A program made the translations under genes and the position numbers. A stretch of DNA of 33,108 bases from a virus (Duplodnaviria > Caudoviricetes). A model generated the notes under the pieces. That model was not told the DNA's origin. It saw nothing but the letters and a program-made list of their open reading frames with translations, and did no database searches. Positions within the stretch are counted from its first letter, which is position 1. Each line of letters starts with the position of its first letter. The stretch covers positions 1-33,108 of IMG/VR virus record IMGVR_UViG_3300032227_000522, one strand, 5' to 3'. This document shows positions 17,290 to 26,799 of this stretch, piece by piece.

Positions 17290-17618
17290 GCCAAACGCCT
17301 CCGCACCTTGACAATTACAAACTCCACCGGGCGACCGAACGGTGACTCCCACTGAACAACGGATCCGTCCTTGACCCAGCGTTCTCCACGAATCTCAAAC
17401 TCGTCGAACTCGTCCACTTCAGCCGGGAGAGGAACGTAGACCGTAGCAGACTGGATTACCGGGTTTTCAGTAGCGAGTACCGGTTCGCTGGTGCTGTCAT
17501 ATTCAACTAAGCACTCAGTAATCTCGTAAGAGACAATCGTCTGCTCGGGCATTCCGTAAGAATCTACAGCCCCGGCGGTTCTGCCGATGACCGTAACGGT
17601 TTCAGTTCCCCTAAACAT
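17286..17618 (-). CDS. Head-to-tail stopper
   Basis: ETVTV...DSYG...IRGERWVKDG...WESPF. Confidence 0.8.
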   Translation of the reverse strand: MFRGTETVTVIGRTAGAVDSYGMPEQTIVSYEITECLVEYDSTSEPVLATENPVIQSATVYVPLPAEVDEFDEFEIRGERWVKDGSVVQWESPFGRPVEFVIVKVRRRLA

Positions 17619-18021
17619 TAATCCAAATGTCTAGCGCGGAGTCGGCTCGCCAGCCAAGGTCAACCTCGAAGGCTTTACCGCGTGTGTCGGGCCGAAGGTT
17701 GGCAACCTCCGCGTCGGTCATAAACAAACCAGACTGATTGCCAAGGAAGGTGCGCGATTGTGAGAAAGCGCCGACCGTTTCTTGTACGGTGCGGACAAAC
17801 TCAGGGTTACGGAGTAGGCGCGTAACCATTGCCACTACGACCGGAATGACACGTTCGATAGGAAGCGTGTCGTTGTCGATCCGTGCTTGGATTCCCGGGT
17901 AGGTCGCTAAAACAACCTGTTCCGCGTCACCAAGCAATGTTTCGACAAGGTTTTCATCAGTGGGTACGTCGTTACCAATCCAACGGCTGGTTACATCAAT
18001 GAAAGAAGTCCAAGTTGCCAC
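17611..18021 (-). CDS. Head-to-tail adaptor
   Basis: MVTRLLRNPE...ETVGAFSQS; follows the capsid gene. Confidence 0.85.
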   Translation of the reverse strand: MATWTSFIDVTSRWIGNDVPTDENLVETLLGDAEQVVLATYPGIQARIDNDTLPIERVIPVVVAMVTRLLRNPEFVRTVQETVGAFSQSRTFLGNQSGLFMTDAEVANLRPDTRGKAFEVDLGWRADSALDIWINV

Positions 18022-18042
18022 GATTTCTCCTTGTCAAAACTA

Positions 18043-18077
18043 TGGGGATGGCCGCGTATAGAAGGCGACCATCCCCA
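18043..18077 (-). terminator. Hairpin after major capsid gene
   Basis: TGGGGATGG...CCATCCCCA inverted repeat. Confidence 0.65.
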
Positions 18078-18108
18078 CCAGTTTGTTACTGAGCGAAGTC
18101 GCTAATGA

Positions 18109-18981
18109 TTACGGCGTTTCGTCGTTGGTGATTTTGGTGAATGCGTCGAGGTCTCCGACACGGAAGCCAATCTCAATTTCAGCAAGAACGGCAAACATAT
18201 TCTGCTGGAAGAGGTTGATCGTGTTTTCGCCGTCGACCAGAGTGGCCTGATCGCTGACCTTGATGACAACGTCTTCGACCGAACCCCAAACAGCCTGCGA
18301 CCAGTCTCCACCAAATCCAACGGTGGGGATTGTCGATTTGTAGGCAGCGCGCGACTTGAAGACCGGACGGCCCAGAATCGAACCGATGCTTCCTTCAGTC
18401 GTGACGTTGTTCAGGAACAATGGGCGACCAATGTCGTCGACCGTGTTGAGGATGATCGACTCGAGTTGAGGCGAGACGATGAATCCGTTGTGGTCAAATC
18501 CCTCAGCGTTGACCGTGGTGACCGAGTCAACGAATGCGGAGTAAGTTCCGGCGAGGCTTGCGATGTTGATTGCCGTTGCGGATGCCAGCGTGTCAAAGTC
18601 AGACCCGGGCGCAGTTCCAAAGAACACGGTCGAGTCGAACTTCTTAGCGAGGGCTGCTGGGAGGCGGTCAACGAGTGCGCCGTAGAGGGCAGGGATATCG
18701 CGACGGAACTCGTTTGAGAACGTCTCGATAACAGCCAATTTGTAACCGCGCAGAATCTTGGTCTGTGCAGTTCCGTTGCTGACTGGCTTGGACTCAGTTT
18801 CTTCAACCCACGAAGCGGTCGGCTCGCCGGTGATGACCGCGATGGTCGATCCGTTTCCGGGGAGTGCGATGCGACGTGCTGCGGTCTGAACGACTGAGTT
18901 CTCAGTCATTCGACTGAGGATTTCAGATGAAACGGACGAAGGAAGCGTAAGCCCCGACGATCCTCGGTTGATATCAACCAT
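18109..18981 (-). CDS. Major capsid protein (HK97 fold)
   Basis: ASWVEE, KLAVIETFSNEF, GGDWSQ, NLFQQNMFAVLAEIEIGF. Confidence 0.93.
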   Translation of the reverse strand: MVDINRGSSGLTLPSSVSSEILSRMTENSVVQTAARRIALPGNGSTIAVITGEPTASWVEETESKPVSNGTAQTKILRGYKLAVIETFSNEFRRDIPALYGALVDRLPAALAKKFDSTVFFGTAPGSDFDTLASATAINIASLAGTYSAFVDSVTTVNAEGFDHNGFIVSPQLESIILNTVDDIGRPLFLNNVTTEGSIGSILGRPVFKSRAAYKSTIPTVGFGGDWSQAVWGSVEDVVIKVSDQATLVDGENTINLFQQNMFAVLAEIEIGFRVGDLDAFTKITNDETP

Positions 18982-18994
18982 GTTTTATTGCTCC

Positions 18995-19480
18995 TTAGAG
19001 AAGAGAACCAATCGCGTTTGCGAATGATTCAGCGGTGGAAATTGACTCCGATACTTCACGGCCCTGACGAGCGTTCGGTTTCGGGGACTTGGGACTGGAC
19101 TGGTCAGCGACCAATTTCAGAAGTGCGTCAGCCTGTGACTCAATCTCTTCTCGTGTCGTCCCGGTCAAAAGTTTCACGGCCTCAGCCATGATTCCCTTTT
19201 CCGATGCAACTTCAAGACGAGTTCGCTCGGCGCGTTCTGCGGTGAGTTCTGCTTCGACTTGTGCCAAACGCTCGGCGCGTTTCTCGTCTTCGCTCTTCAG
19301 CGATGATTCGTATTCACGCCACCGGTCGGCAGCTTCGACATTTGACTTGGCGCGTGATTCCCATTTCCGGGCTTCACTCTTCCAGTCGGTGTCGTCTGAT
19401 TCAACCACATCACTTTGCGGTGTTGTGTCCTCGGCTTGCACCTCGGGCGTTGGTGTTTCACTGTTCAGTTCTTCAGTCAT
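18995..19480 (-). CDS. Capsid scaffolding protein
   Basis: DWKSEARKWESRAK, LLTGTTREEI; acidic coiled coil before the capsid gene. Confidence 0.9.
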   Translation of the reverse strand: MTEELNSETPTPEVQAEDTTPQSDVVESDDTDWKSEARKWESRAKSNVEAADRWREYESSLKSEDEKRAERLAQVEAELTAERAERTRLEVASEKGIMAEAVKLLTGTTREEIESQADALLKLVADQSSPKSPKPNARQGREVSESISTAESFANAIGSLL

Positions 19481-19495
19481 GAGAACCCCTCCATT

Positions 19496-19536
19496 TCCGT
19501 GCGGATTGAGCCGTGCGGCCTGATATTAGAGTAACA
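19496..19536 (-). promoter_or_regulatory. Extended -10 (TGtTACTCT) and two CC-GCAC-GG mini-hairpins in the scaffold leader
   Basis: GCCGCACGGC (19510-19519) and TCCGCACGGA (19496-19505). Confidence 0.55.
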
Positions 19537-19569
19537 GAGTTTTAGCGTTGGACGGTATTTCGGGCGTGT

Positions 19570-20367
19570 CTAAATTCCAGTTCGGATCCGTCGAACTTCG
19601 TTAAAATAGTTTCTCCTCGTGAACGCGAGGTCGGGGTAAGCCTTCAGGAAGTCCCGGGTGAGGTTCTTGCCAGTACGACCACCAGCTGCTTTCCATTCCT
19701 CCAGCCACCTTGGGAAGATTTGGTCACGGCGGATTGCGATTCGCTGTTGAGCCTCGGCTTGCAGGTCTTCGAATTCACGATAATACTCTGGGCGGTCTAC
19801 CGCTACCTCATCCCACTCGGGAACTACGGTGCAACGGCAATGGTCGTGGTAGGCCGTAATCTCTGGTGAGAAGGTAGAGAAAGAATTGACCGCGGCGTAC
19901 AGGCAGAAAGTGCAAGCGGTAGGGGAAGCAACGCGCCGGTACTTTGCCCGGTCGTTTTCGATGTTGAGAAGTAGGGAATCACGATCGACGTTGAGAACGG
20001 TTTTAGAAACCATGCCAGAGAAGATTGTTGTGGCGGTCGCGTAGTCGCCGGTTACAACCAGACGCGAGGTGGTGTAGCCGACAGCGGAGTCCGTAGCGTC
20101 GACAAGGTCGGGCAAAACAATCTCGGGTGTAAATTCTGTTCGTAACCCAGCAGCTAGTCGCTGGCTGGTGAAATACGCTGAGGAGAGGACTCCTGCAACC
20201 CGGGAGTAGTTATCAATCAGGGCCGGCGTTACTTCACGGAGCGTACCTGCAACGCGAGACGGATCCATGGAGCGAGCGATTGTCATAGCCCCAATAGCAT
20301 CAGCCGTCACGAGAAGTGCGAGGTCGTTCATCGCCTTCTGGTGGGCTTGACCGCTACTGAATGACAT
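19570..20367 (-). CDS. Minor head / capsid maturation (MuF-like) protein
   Basis: YRRVASPTACTFC...YHDHCRCTVVP, between portal and scaffold. Confidence 0.8.
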   Translation of the reverse strand: MSFSSGQAHQKAMNDLALLVTADAIGAMTIARSMDPSRVAGTLREVTPALIDNYSRVAGVLSSAYFTSQRLAAGLRTEFTPEIVLPDLVDATDSAVGYTTSRLVVTGDYATATTIFSGMVSKTVLNVDRDSLLLNIENDRAKYRRVASPTACTFCLYAAVNSFSTFSPEITAYHDHCRCTVVPEWDEVAVDRPEYYREFEDLQAEAQQRIAIRRDQIFPRWLEEWKAAGGRTGKNLTRDFLKAYPDLAFTRRNYFNEVRRIRTGI

Positions 20368-21757
20368 CCGGAGCGTTTGCTATTTCGACGGCCAGCGCGT
20401 TGTTCTGCTGGACGGCGCTCGCGGCCTGTGCGAGTTGTCCGATGATGTTCGTAGCCTGTGCCTCTTTGATTTCTTGGCGCAGGACGTACCGGTCGGCTTC
20501 TGAAAGCCCGATGCGCTGAAGAGTGATGTCTGAAGTAGCCGGGAGGACTCCAGCGGCGATCAACTTGGTGACCTCGTCGGCGGCGGCAGCCCGGGTTGGG
20601 GTCGAAGCGTCACGCCATACTGGGCGCACCGATTCAAAACCCTCTGGAAGTACGGAGGTGTTATTAGCGACCAAATAAGAGAGCCGGGCTACCTCAGTCC
20701 ATGCGTTGCCAAATTGACGTTGCCGGCGTTCAGCGCGTTTGACGAGGCGCGACTCCATTTGTCGGATTGCGTCAGCGGACGAAGGGTTGTCTGTCTGAAA
20801 TCCGAGATAGGCGGTCGGGATTGCGGTTTCCGCAGCGAGTTGAGTAGCCAGCGCCCGGATATAACTCATGTAAGGCTCGGGCGAGTTAGCCGAGAACTGA
20901 CCAACCTGCGGCATCTGAGAGTCTTCTTCGTTGTACGGTACGCCGAGCAAACGGCCCTGAATGACCGACCAAGAGTTGAGTGGGTTTCCGTCCTCGTCTT
21001 GAAACAAGTCTTCGCGAGCGCCGAGAACGTAGCGCTGGGGTGCGGAGTAGAATTCCCGGGAGATTTCTGCACCGAGGAATGTACGCATTGCGGAGTCGAT
21101 GAGGTATTTGACTGCCGGCGTGATTTCCGATCGTCCTTTTGAAGAACCAGCGGACGGCTGGTTAACCATTTGCGCTACTAGAACGCGACCGAGGCGGTGT
21201 TCGTCCCGGTCAACCTCTACCCAGTCGCCGTTGAAGTAGGCAACGGTAATGTTTGCGTTCTCGGTGTAAATCACTCCGCCGATTGTGTTGCCTCGGTCAT
21301 CGCGATCAACGAGCATTGCGGTTTCAACTCGTCGACGGCGTAAATCCCAAATTGAGGTCATGCGCGATGGCGGTTCGACTGTAACAAGTGGTGAGGGTTC
21401 TCCCTCCGTACCCGAACCCACGACCAAGTAGCCCACGCCGTAAACGAGTGCGTCGTTGTGGACGAGGGATCCGTCCGAGTCGAGGTTGTTAGCGCGGTAA
21501 ACGCTGTTTAGACCGTACTCATCGCCGTTGTACCAGCCCTCGAACTCCAAGCGTTCCTCGAGAACCTGCACGGCGGTACGCGCCCACCCGACAACCGTTT
21601 CAACGCCGGTTAGCTGCGGTGGGATTGAGATGCGTAAATCTTTGAGACGATTCTTGCCTTCGTAGTAAGCCCTCTTTTCCGAGTTCTTAAATTCGTATTC
21701 ATCGAGTCGATTCGAAAGAGCCGCGGCGATTGCGGATTCTTCTGAAGAGAGAGTCAT
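20354..21757 (-). CDS. Portal protein (SPP1 gp6-like)
   Basis: YYEG, GRSEIT, REFYSAPQR, NPSSADAI, WRDASTPT. Confidence 0.93.
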   Translation of the reverse strand: MTLSSEESAIAAALSNRLDEYEFKNSEKRAYYEGKNRLKDLRISIPPQLTGVETVVGWARTAVQVLEERLEFEGWYNGDEYGLNSVYRANNLDSDGSLVHNDALVYGVGYLVVGSGTEGEPSPLVTVEPPSRMTSIWDLRRRRVETAMLVDRDDRGNTIGGVIYTENANITVAYFNGDWVEVDRDEHRLGRVLVAQMVNQPSAGSSKGRSEITPAVKYLIDSAMRTFLGAEISREFYSAPQRYVLGAREDLFQDEDGNPLNSWSVIQGRLLGVPYNEEDSQMPQVGQFSANSPEPYMSYIRALATQLAAETAIPTAYLGFQTDNPSSADAIRQMESRLVKRAERRQRQFGNAWTEVARLSYLVANNTSVLPEGFESVRPVWRDASTPTRAAAADEVTKLIAAGVLPATSDITLQRIGLSEADRYVLRQEIKEAQATNIIGQLAQAASAVQQNNALAVEIANAPDVIQ

Positions 21758-23277
21758 AGAACCACGGCCCTTCTGGACGTTCCGGTTTTGGCATTTTCCA
21801 ATTGATGGTTACGTGCGCCGTTAGCGAGAACTGCACACGCTAGTAAGTCTACTTTACGAGAGCTTGATTTCTTCTCTTTGCGAAACGAGCCTGATTCCGT
21901 TGCCACCGCATTGCTCACGTGCCGGGTAAGCCTCGGATCGCCGCCGTGACCGATCGACTTCGCAACTATGTCTGCCACAAACTGCTGGGCCATAGGCGCG
22001 ATGCGGTGATTGGTCGGTGGGATACGCTCTACGCGCTTACGCCAGCGTTTTGACCATTCAAGAACATCGGGTTCGTAGAAAGAAGGGTCTGCCCACAACA
22101 TTTTCACGTCATAGCGGTCAAACATTCGCTCGATGACTTTATTTACCTCGTACCGGTCGACCGTCCATTCTGGGTCTTGAGTATCGGGTTCGAAAAGTGC
22201 CTCGACCTGCAAAAGCCCGGTGACCAAATCGCAAATTACAAGCCCGGTGGCATCCCCAGAAACGGATCCGTCGAATCCGGCGACAACGGAAGCGCCGTGG
22301 GGAATGGTTGCGTTTTCGCGTAACGCCTCTTTCCAATGAAACGGTGAAATAAAATCTTCCCCGGCGAGACGTACCCACTGGTTGAGGCGATAGCGCTGGA
22401 AGCCGGCAAAACCCGAAGACCCGGCTTCTTTGATTGACGATTCGAAATCGCCGTAATCCATAAGCCCTTCAGCAAGGTTGGGATTTGCCAAACGCCACGT
22501 TTCCGAATCGGTAGGGTCGGCAGCGTCACCGGCTTCCCACCACCAGAACCCGAAGGAAGGGTCGTCGATTTCCCCGGTAGCGATTCGCTTGCCGTGCGTG
22601 TAAAGACGGCCCAGCAAGGTGTCCATATTTCCACCAGCCGTTGTAATCGCCACGACCAAACTTTCCGGACGGTCGGCGGATCCGGTGGTGAGCGCTTCGT
22701 AGAGTTCGTCACCGCGCTTATTGGTCGGTGTAGAGGGCCAAGCGTGAAGTTCATCCGCTACGACCAAGGACGGCGCGAGACCGTGAGCCTTCATAGCGTC
22801 AGCGGACAGCGCTCGGTAAATACCGCCGGTCGCTTTGTTTTCGAGCGCATCGCGGTAAGGAGTAATCACACGCATAAGCGCCGGGTTTCGCATTACTTGG
22901 TCACGCGCTTCCCCGAAGACGATACGAGCCTGTTGACGGTCGGCTGCCGCGGAGTAGACCTGTGCGCCTTCCTGACCGTAGACCAAATGCTCAAGCGCGA
23001 GCGCCGTGCCGAGCAGGGACTTGCCGTTCTTCCGGGGAAGGCCGACCAAAGCGCGGCGATACTTCAAAAGCCCCGTCGACTGATCCGTTTCGAGGATGCG
23101 GTTCATAAGCCAGCGTTGCCAATCGGTAAACGCCAACGGTTCACCAGCCTTGAAGCCCCGGGAAGCCGTCATCAGCAATTCCGCAAACTCAGAAACATCC
23201 TCGCCACGGCTAGTAGCCGATTCGCTGGGAACGTGAAACGCCGGACGCCACAACTCCGACGGCTCGGGGAGGCTCAC
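21754..23277 (-). CDS. Terminase large subunit
   Basis: Walker A PRKNGKS, Walker B VVADELH, ITTAG, GFDGS, KVDLL. Confidence 0.95.
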   Translation of the reverse strand: MSLPEPSELWRPAFHVPSESATSRGEDVSEFAELLMTASRGFKAGEPLAFTDWQRWLMNRILETDQSTGLLKYRRALVGLPRKNGKSLLGTALALEHLVYGQEGAQVYSAAADRQQARIVFGEARDQVMRNPALMRVITPYRDALENKATGGIYRALSADAMKAHGLAPSLVVADELHAWPSTPTNKRGDELYEALTTGSADRPESLVVAITTAGGNMDTLLGRLYTHGKRIATGEIDDPSFGFWWWEAGDAADPTDSETWRLANPNLAEGLMDYGDFESSIKEAGSSGFAGFQRYRLNQWVRLAGEDFISPFHWKEALRENATIPHGASVVAGFDGSVSGDATGLVICDLVTGLLQVEALFEPDTQDPEWTVDRYEVNKVIERMFDRYDVKMLWADPSFYEPDVLEWSKRWRKRVERIPPTNHRIAPMAQQFVADIVAKSIGHGGDPRLTRHVSNAVATESGSFRKEKKSSSRKVDLLACAVLANGARNHQLENAKTGTSRRAVVL

Positions 23278-23636
23278 TCCAACTCCGGGCGCTTCGGGTC
23301 GGCTTTATCCTTACGCCCATAAACCTCTGGCATATGATTTTCGAGCCACCACTTCGCCGCAGTCCAGTTTCCGTTCTGGGCCGCTTTCTGCACGACCGTG
23401 ACATTGCGAACGATAGCGTCCGCCCGAGCCTTCTTCAGCGCTTCCCAGAGGCGCACAGCGCCGTCCAGCGTTTCATCTACCTCGCCAGTATTTGCCCGGC
23501 GTTCGACCTCGACCTTGCCCTGCTCCAGTAGCGCGTAAACCACCGTCACCGACAACTCGGCAAAATGACAGGCCGTCTCCAAATCCGAACCCGATCGGAG
23601 TACGCGCTCCAACTCGGAGAGTTTATTCTCGTCCAT
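23274..23636 (-). CDS. HTH-like protein, possible second small-terminase-type subunit
   Basis: GSDLETACHFAELSVTVVY (HTH-like), WTAAKWWLE...YGR. Confidence 0.65.
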   Translation of the reverse strand: MDENKLSELERVLRSGSDLETACHFAELSVTVVYALLEQGKVEVERRANTGEVDETLDGAVRLWEALKKARADAIVRNVTVVQKAAQNGNWTAAKWWLENHMPEVYGRKDKADPKRPELE

Positions 23637-24198
23637 CGTCTTCCACCTTCTTCTTCTTCCTCGGGGCCGGCTTCGATTCTGGGATAACCACTACGCGAAG
23701 ACGATCCTCGCGTCGACGCTGAAGTTCGTCCAGCGCGTCCAAAGTACGAACCTCCGCCAAACCGAGTCGCGCCCGGTCGGTCGGCGAAAAGCCCAGCGCA
23801 GAAAGCCACGCCGTCATTTGCGATCGCAATTCCTTTAGCTGCGTGACATAGGGATGCGAAACGAACGAGCCGTTTGGCAAAACATAATGGCGCGGTACTT
23901 CACCAAGAGCCAGCGCTCGGCGAAGATACTCCGCCTCGTCCGTAGTCCGGCAAAGCAACTCCATAACCGCATAGTCGCCGTTCGGGGAGAGCCACTTCTC
24001 GCCAGCCGACCAAAGCCTATCCCAGAGGGCGGATCCGTCTAGCCCGAGAGTCGGACGCGGTGGAATAGAAGTCATCGGCGGTAATCCCTGCCCCGGCTTC
24101 TGCGGTGCTGGAAGCGGACGGCGGCCCGGGTTGCCCAGCGCTCGTTTCACTTCCGTCGGCTTAGGCGGTCGCCCAGCCGGTCTGCCTGTCCCTGTCAT
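23623..24198 (-). CDS. Terminase small subunit (P27 family)
   Basis: GRPPKPTEVKRALGNPGRRPL, HPYV, LGFSPTDRARL. Confidence 0.9.
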   Translation of the reverse strand: MTGTGRPAGRPPKPTEVKRALGNPGRRPLPAPQKPGQGLPPMTSIPPRPTLGLDGSALWDRLWSAGEKWLSPNGDYAVMELLCRTTDEAEYLRRALALGEVPRHYVLPNGSFVSHPYVTQLKELRSQMTAWLSALGFSPTDRARLGLAEVRTLDALDELQRRREDRLRVVVIPESKPAPRKKKKVEDDGRE

Positions 24199-24204
24199 AC
24201 TTCC

Positions 24205-24236
24205 TCCGTGCGGATGATTTGTACCACCGTGCGGTG
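24205..24236 (-). promoter_or_regulatory. Two CC-GCAC-GG mini-hairpins in the terS leader
   Basis: CACCGCACGGTG (24225-24236) and TCCGCACGGA (24205-24214, overlapping the GGAGG RBS). Confidence 0.55.
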
Positions 24237-24269
24237 ATACTCGATGCTAACACCCTTCGAACATAAATG

Positions 24270-24410
24270 CGGTTGTACCCCTCTGGGGTTTCGCGACCGT
24301 CTGCGTAGGCTAACCGCGCCGCGAGAGTGGGAAGCGGGGAGGAGGGGGTCGCCCCTCCCCTATTCGAACGTTTATTCGATAAAAGGGCCGTATTTGGCAA
24401 GGCCGCCTGT
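24270..24410. other. Probable cos/packaging-initiation region
   Basis: Non-coding gap between HNH and terS containing GGGGAGG...CCTCCCC, the layout typical of cos phages with an HNH cofactor. The exact cut site cannot be read from the sequence. Confidence 0.5.
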
Positions 24411-24411
24411 T

Positions 24412-24765
24412 TTAGAGGCGTCGACGGATCCGTTGCGCTTGTTTTGCCTCGTGTGCGTCGTTTGAGGTCTTGTAGCGGTGGCAGTGCGGTGCGACACGAT
24501 CGTGGACTGCTTTGAGGTTCTCTAGCGCGTGGTCGTCACCGGCTACCACGTGGTCGACCGTGTCAGCGCCGCCTTCACCACAAAGGTAGCAGATTCCTTT
24601 GTCCCTGCGTAGGACTACCTGCCTCCGGGTAGACCAGTCCCGGGGGAGGCGTTCCTTCCGGGTGGATCCGTAGTAGGGGATTCTCTTATGGGGGAGGCAT
24701 CTTCCTTGGTAGACCGCGTGGTCTCTGCACCCGGGTTCTAGGCATGGTGTTGGGGCTAGGGCCAT
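24412..24765 (-). CDS. HNH endonuclease (terminase cofactor type)
   Basis: CLEPGC, VLRRDKGICYLCG, TVDHVV, NLKAVH...CHRYKT. Confidence 0.88.
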   Translation of the reverse strand: MALAPTPCLEPGCRDHAVYQGRCLPHKRIPYYGSTRKERLPRDWSTRRQVVLRRDKGICYLCGEGGADTVDHVVAGDDHALENLKAVHDRVAPHCHRYKTSNDAHEAKQAQRIRRRL

Positions 24766-24938
24766 TATTTGTCGCCGTCTTCTTCCCACCGGAACACTTG
24801 CATGAGGGCTTCGTCTGCCTCCGCTTCGAGAACGTCGAGGAGCGTGGCAGGGTTACAGCGGTGCGCTTGTCGCCAGTCCTTCACGCGATCGTAACGCCAA
24901 GTGACTATGCCAGCCCCACAGGAGCATTGCTCTCTCAT
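24765..24938 (-). CDS. Small protein (57 aa), probably leaderless
   Basis: Hand-translated MREQCSCGAG...WRQAHRC...EEDGDK*. TACACT sits 6 nt before the ATG; TAATG overlap with HNH. Confidence 0.6.
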   Translation of the reverse strand: MREQCSCGAGIVTWRYDRVKDWRQAHRCNPATLLDVLEAEADEALMQVFRWEEDGDK

Positions 24939-24962
24939 GGTCTTAGTGTATCGGCGCAGAGG

Positions 24963-24998
24963 GAAACCCCACCCAGCGTGTCGGCTAGGTGGGGCTTC
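24963..24998 (-). terminator. Intrinsic-type terminator after the 25008-25523 gene
   Basis: GAAGCCCCACCTAGC-N6-GCTGGGTGGGGTTTC; G-U pairs favour the minus strand. Confidence 0.75.
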
Positions 24999-25007
24999 GG
25001 GTTGGGG

Positions 25008-25523
25008 CTAGTAGGAGAGGAAGGTGAGGCGCTTGACCGTGTCTACCGCGTAGTGCCAGTTGGATTCTGCGTAGGAGTGGAGGCGTTCCTTCTCAGCGAT
25101 GTCGATTCCCAGCATTTCAATGGCGAGTAGGGCTTTCTCTGCCTCGGCGATGTAGCGCTTGCGGTCGTTGAGGAAGTCCTGCGCCTTGAGCATTTGCACC
25201 TCGTGGGGTTCGATGGTGTGGGTCAGGCTGAGGTTGATGCCGTAGGAGGTGTTTACCTTGTCCATTGCCTCCGTGTAAGCGGTGCGCTGGAGGCGGTAGT
25301 AGGCGACCGTCCAAGGTGCGGTGGGTTCGCTCTTGGTCTCGGCGAGGGTAGCGACTGCCTTGTCGTACTGCTCGAACCAGCGGTCAATCTTGGTCATTGC
25401 GTCTTTGTAGGTCTTGGCGCTGTCGCCGTGACCGTTCTTTTCGAACTGCCAGTTGCCCCGACCGGGGTTGGTAACGGTAAAGCCGCGGTAGTTCCGGGCT
25501 TCGGTCTTTGTGATCGTGTCCAT
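25008..25523 (-). CDS. Hypothetical protein (171 aa); self-contained cassette
   Basis: RBS AAAGGAAGGCAACACCATG, own promoter and terminator, strong C/G-ending codon bias. Confidence 0.8.
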   Translation of the reverse strand: MDTITKTEARNYRGFTVTNPGRGNWQFEKNGHGDSAKTYKDAMTKIDRWFEQYDKAVATLAETKSEPTAPWTVAYYRLQRTAYTEAMDKVNTSYGINLSLTHTIEPHEVQMLKAQDFLNDRKRYIAEAEKALLAIEMLGIDIAEKERLHSYAESNWHYAVDTVKRLTFLSY

Positions 25524-25555
25524 GGTGTTGCCTTCCTTTGGGTTGTTGCCTTGCG

Positions 25556-25597
25556 GCCTTACCTCTAAACGATACCGTTTATCTGGCAACAGTGCAA
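25556..25597 (-). promoter_or_regulatory. SigA-type promoter TTGCAC-17-TATCGT with GTAAGGC leader
   Basis: -35 at 25592-25597, -10 at 25569-25574, GTAAGGC at 25556-25562. Confidence 0.7.
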
Positions 25598-25642
25598 CTA
25601 CGGCGTGGCAATAGATACACGCCAAATCTCGGCACGGATCCG

Positions 25643-26788
25643 TTAGCCCATCAGTTCCCGGGGTGTTTCCCAAGGCGCGTGGTGACGGCCCATATGACCG
25701 TAAGCCGCCAGCGATTGGTAGCCGTGGAAGGTACGAAGCCCGAGGTCACGGATAATCCCTTCCGGGGTTAGGTCGAACGCCAGCGAAATGGCGTCGGCGA
25801 TAAGTTCATCGTCCCCAGTGCCAAAGGAGTCCACGTAGACCGCCACAGGCTTTGCCACACCGATCGCGTAGGCAATCTGCACCTCGCACCGGTTAGCCAT
25901 TCCAGCAGCTACGACCGTCTTCGCAATCCACCGCGCCGCGTAAGCGCCAGAACGGTCGACCTTCGACGGATCTTTCCCCGAGAACGCTCCACCGCCGTGT
26001 CGGGCCATGCCGCCATAGGTGTCGACAATAATCTTTCGCCCGGTAAGCCCGGCATCGCCTTGTGGGCCGCCAATCACAAAGCGCCCGGTCGGGTTGATGA
26101 GAACTTTCACGTTCGTCCAGTCGAGTTCGTAGGCATCCCCGAATTCCTCGAGAATAGGCTCGATGACGAATTCGCGCACATCGCCGCGGACGGTTTCGAT
26201 GTCTACATCGGCACGGTGCTGGGTTGATACCACCACGGTATCAATCGTGACCGGTAGGGATTCGAGATAGCCGACGGTGACCTGCGTTTTGCCGTCCGGG
26301 AGCAAGTAATCAAGGTTTCCCTCTTTGCGTTCGTGGGTAAGGCGCTGGGCGAGGCTGTGCGCGATCGTTATTGGCATCGGCATAAGCTCTTCGGTTTCAT
26401 CGGTGGCGTACCCGAACATCATGCCTTGGTCGCCGGCCCCAATTGTTGATGGGTCGTCTGAGGCGTTGTCTACCCCTAGCGCGATGTCGGCGGACTGCTT
26501 TCCAATAGCCACGTTGATGCCGCAGGTTTCTGCGTCGAAACCGTACTCCGATGAGGTGTAGCCGATTCTGGCGATTGTTTTGCGGACGATTGCTGGCACG
26601 TCAATGACGGCGCTGGTTCGAAGTTCCCCGAAGACGTGGACTTGCCCGGTAGTGAGCGAGGTTTCGACGGCTACTCGGGAGTTCGGATCCTGTTCAAGTA
26701 CCGCGTCCAGAATGGCGTCGCTGATTTGATCAGCCATCTTGTCCGGGTGGCCCTCGGTGACCGATTCGGATGTGAATAAGCGAATCAT
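25643..26788 (-). CDS. metK: S-adenosylmethionine synthetase
   Basis: [57 protein letters not shown]; full length at 381 aa. Confidence 0.97.
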   Translation of the reverse strand: MIRLFTSESVTEGHPDKMADQISDAILDAVLEQDPNSRVAVETSLTTGQVHVFGELRTSAVIDVPAIVRKTIARIGYTSSEYGFDAETCGINVAIGKQSADIALGVDNASDDPSTIGAGDQGMMFGYATDETEELMPMPITIAHSLAQRLTHERKEGNLDYLLPDGKTQVTVGYLESLPVTIDTVVVSTQHRADVDIETVRGDVREFVIEPILEEFGDAYELDWTNVKVLINPTGRFVIGGPQGDAGLTGRKIIVDTYGGMARHGGGAFSGKDPSKVDRSGAYAARWIAKTVVAAGMANRCEVQIAYAIGVAKPVAVYVDSFGTGDDELIADAISLAFDLTPEGIIRDLGLRTFHGYQSLAAYGHMGRHHAPWETPRELMG

Positions 26789-26799
26789 GGTGTTCCTTC

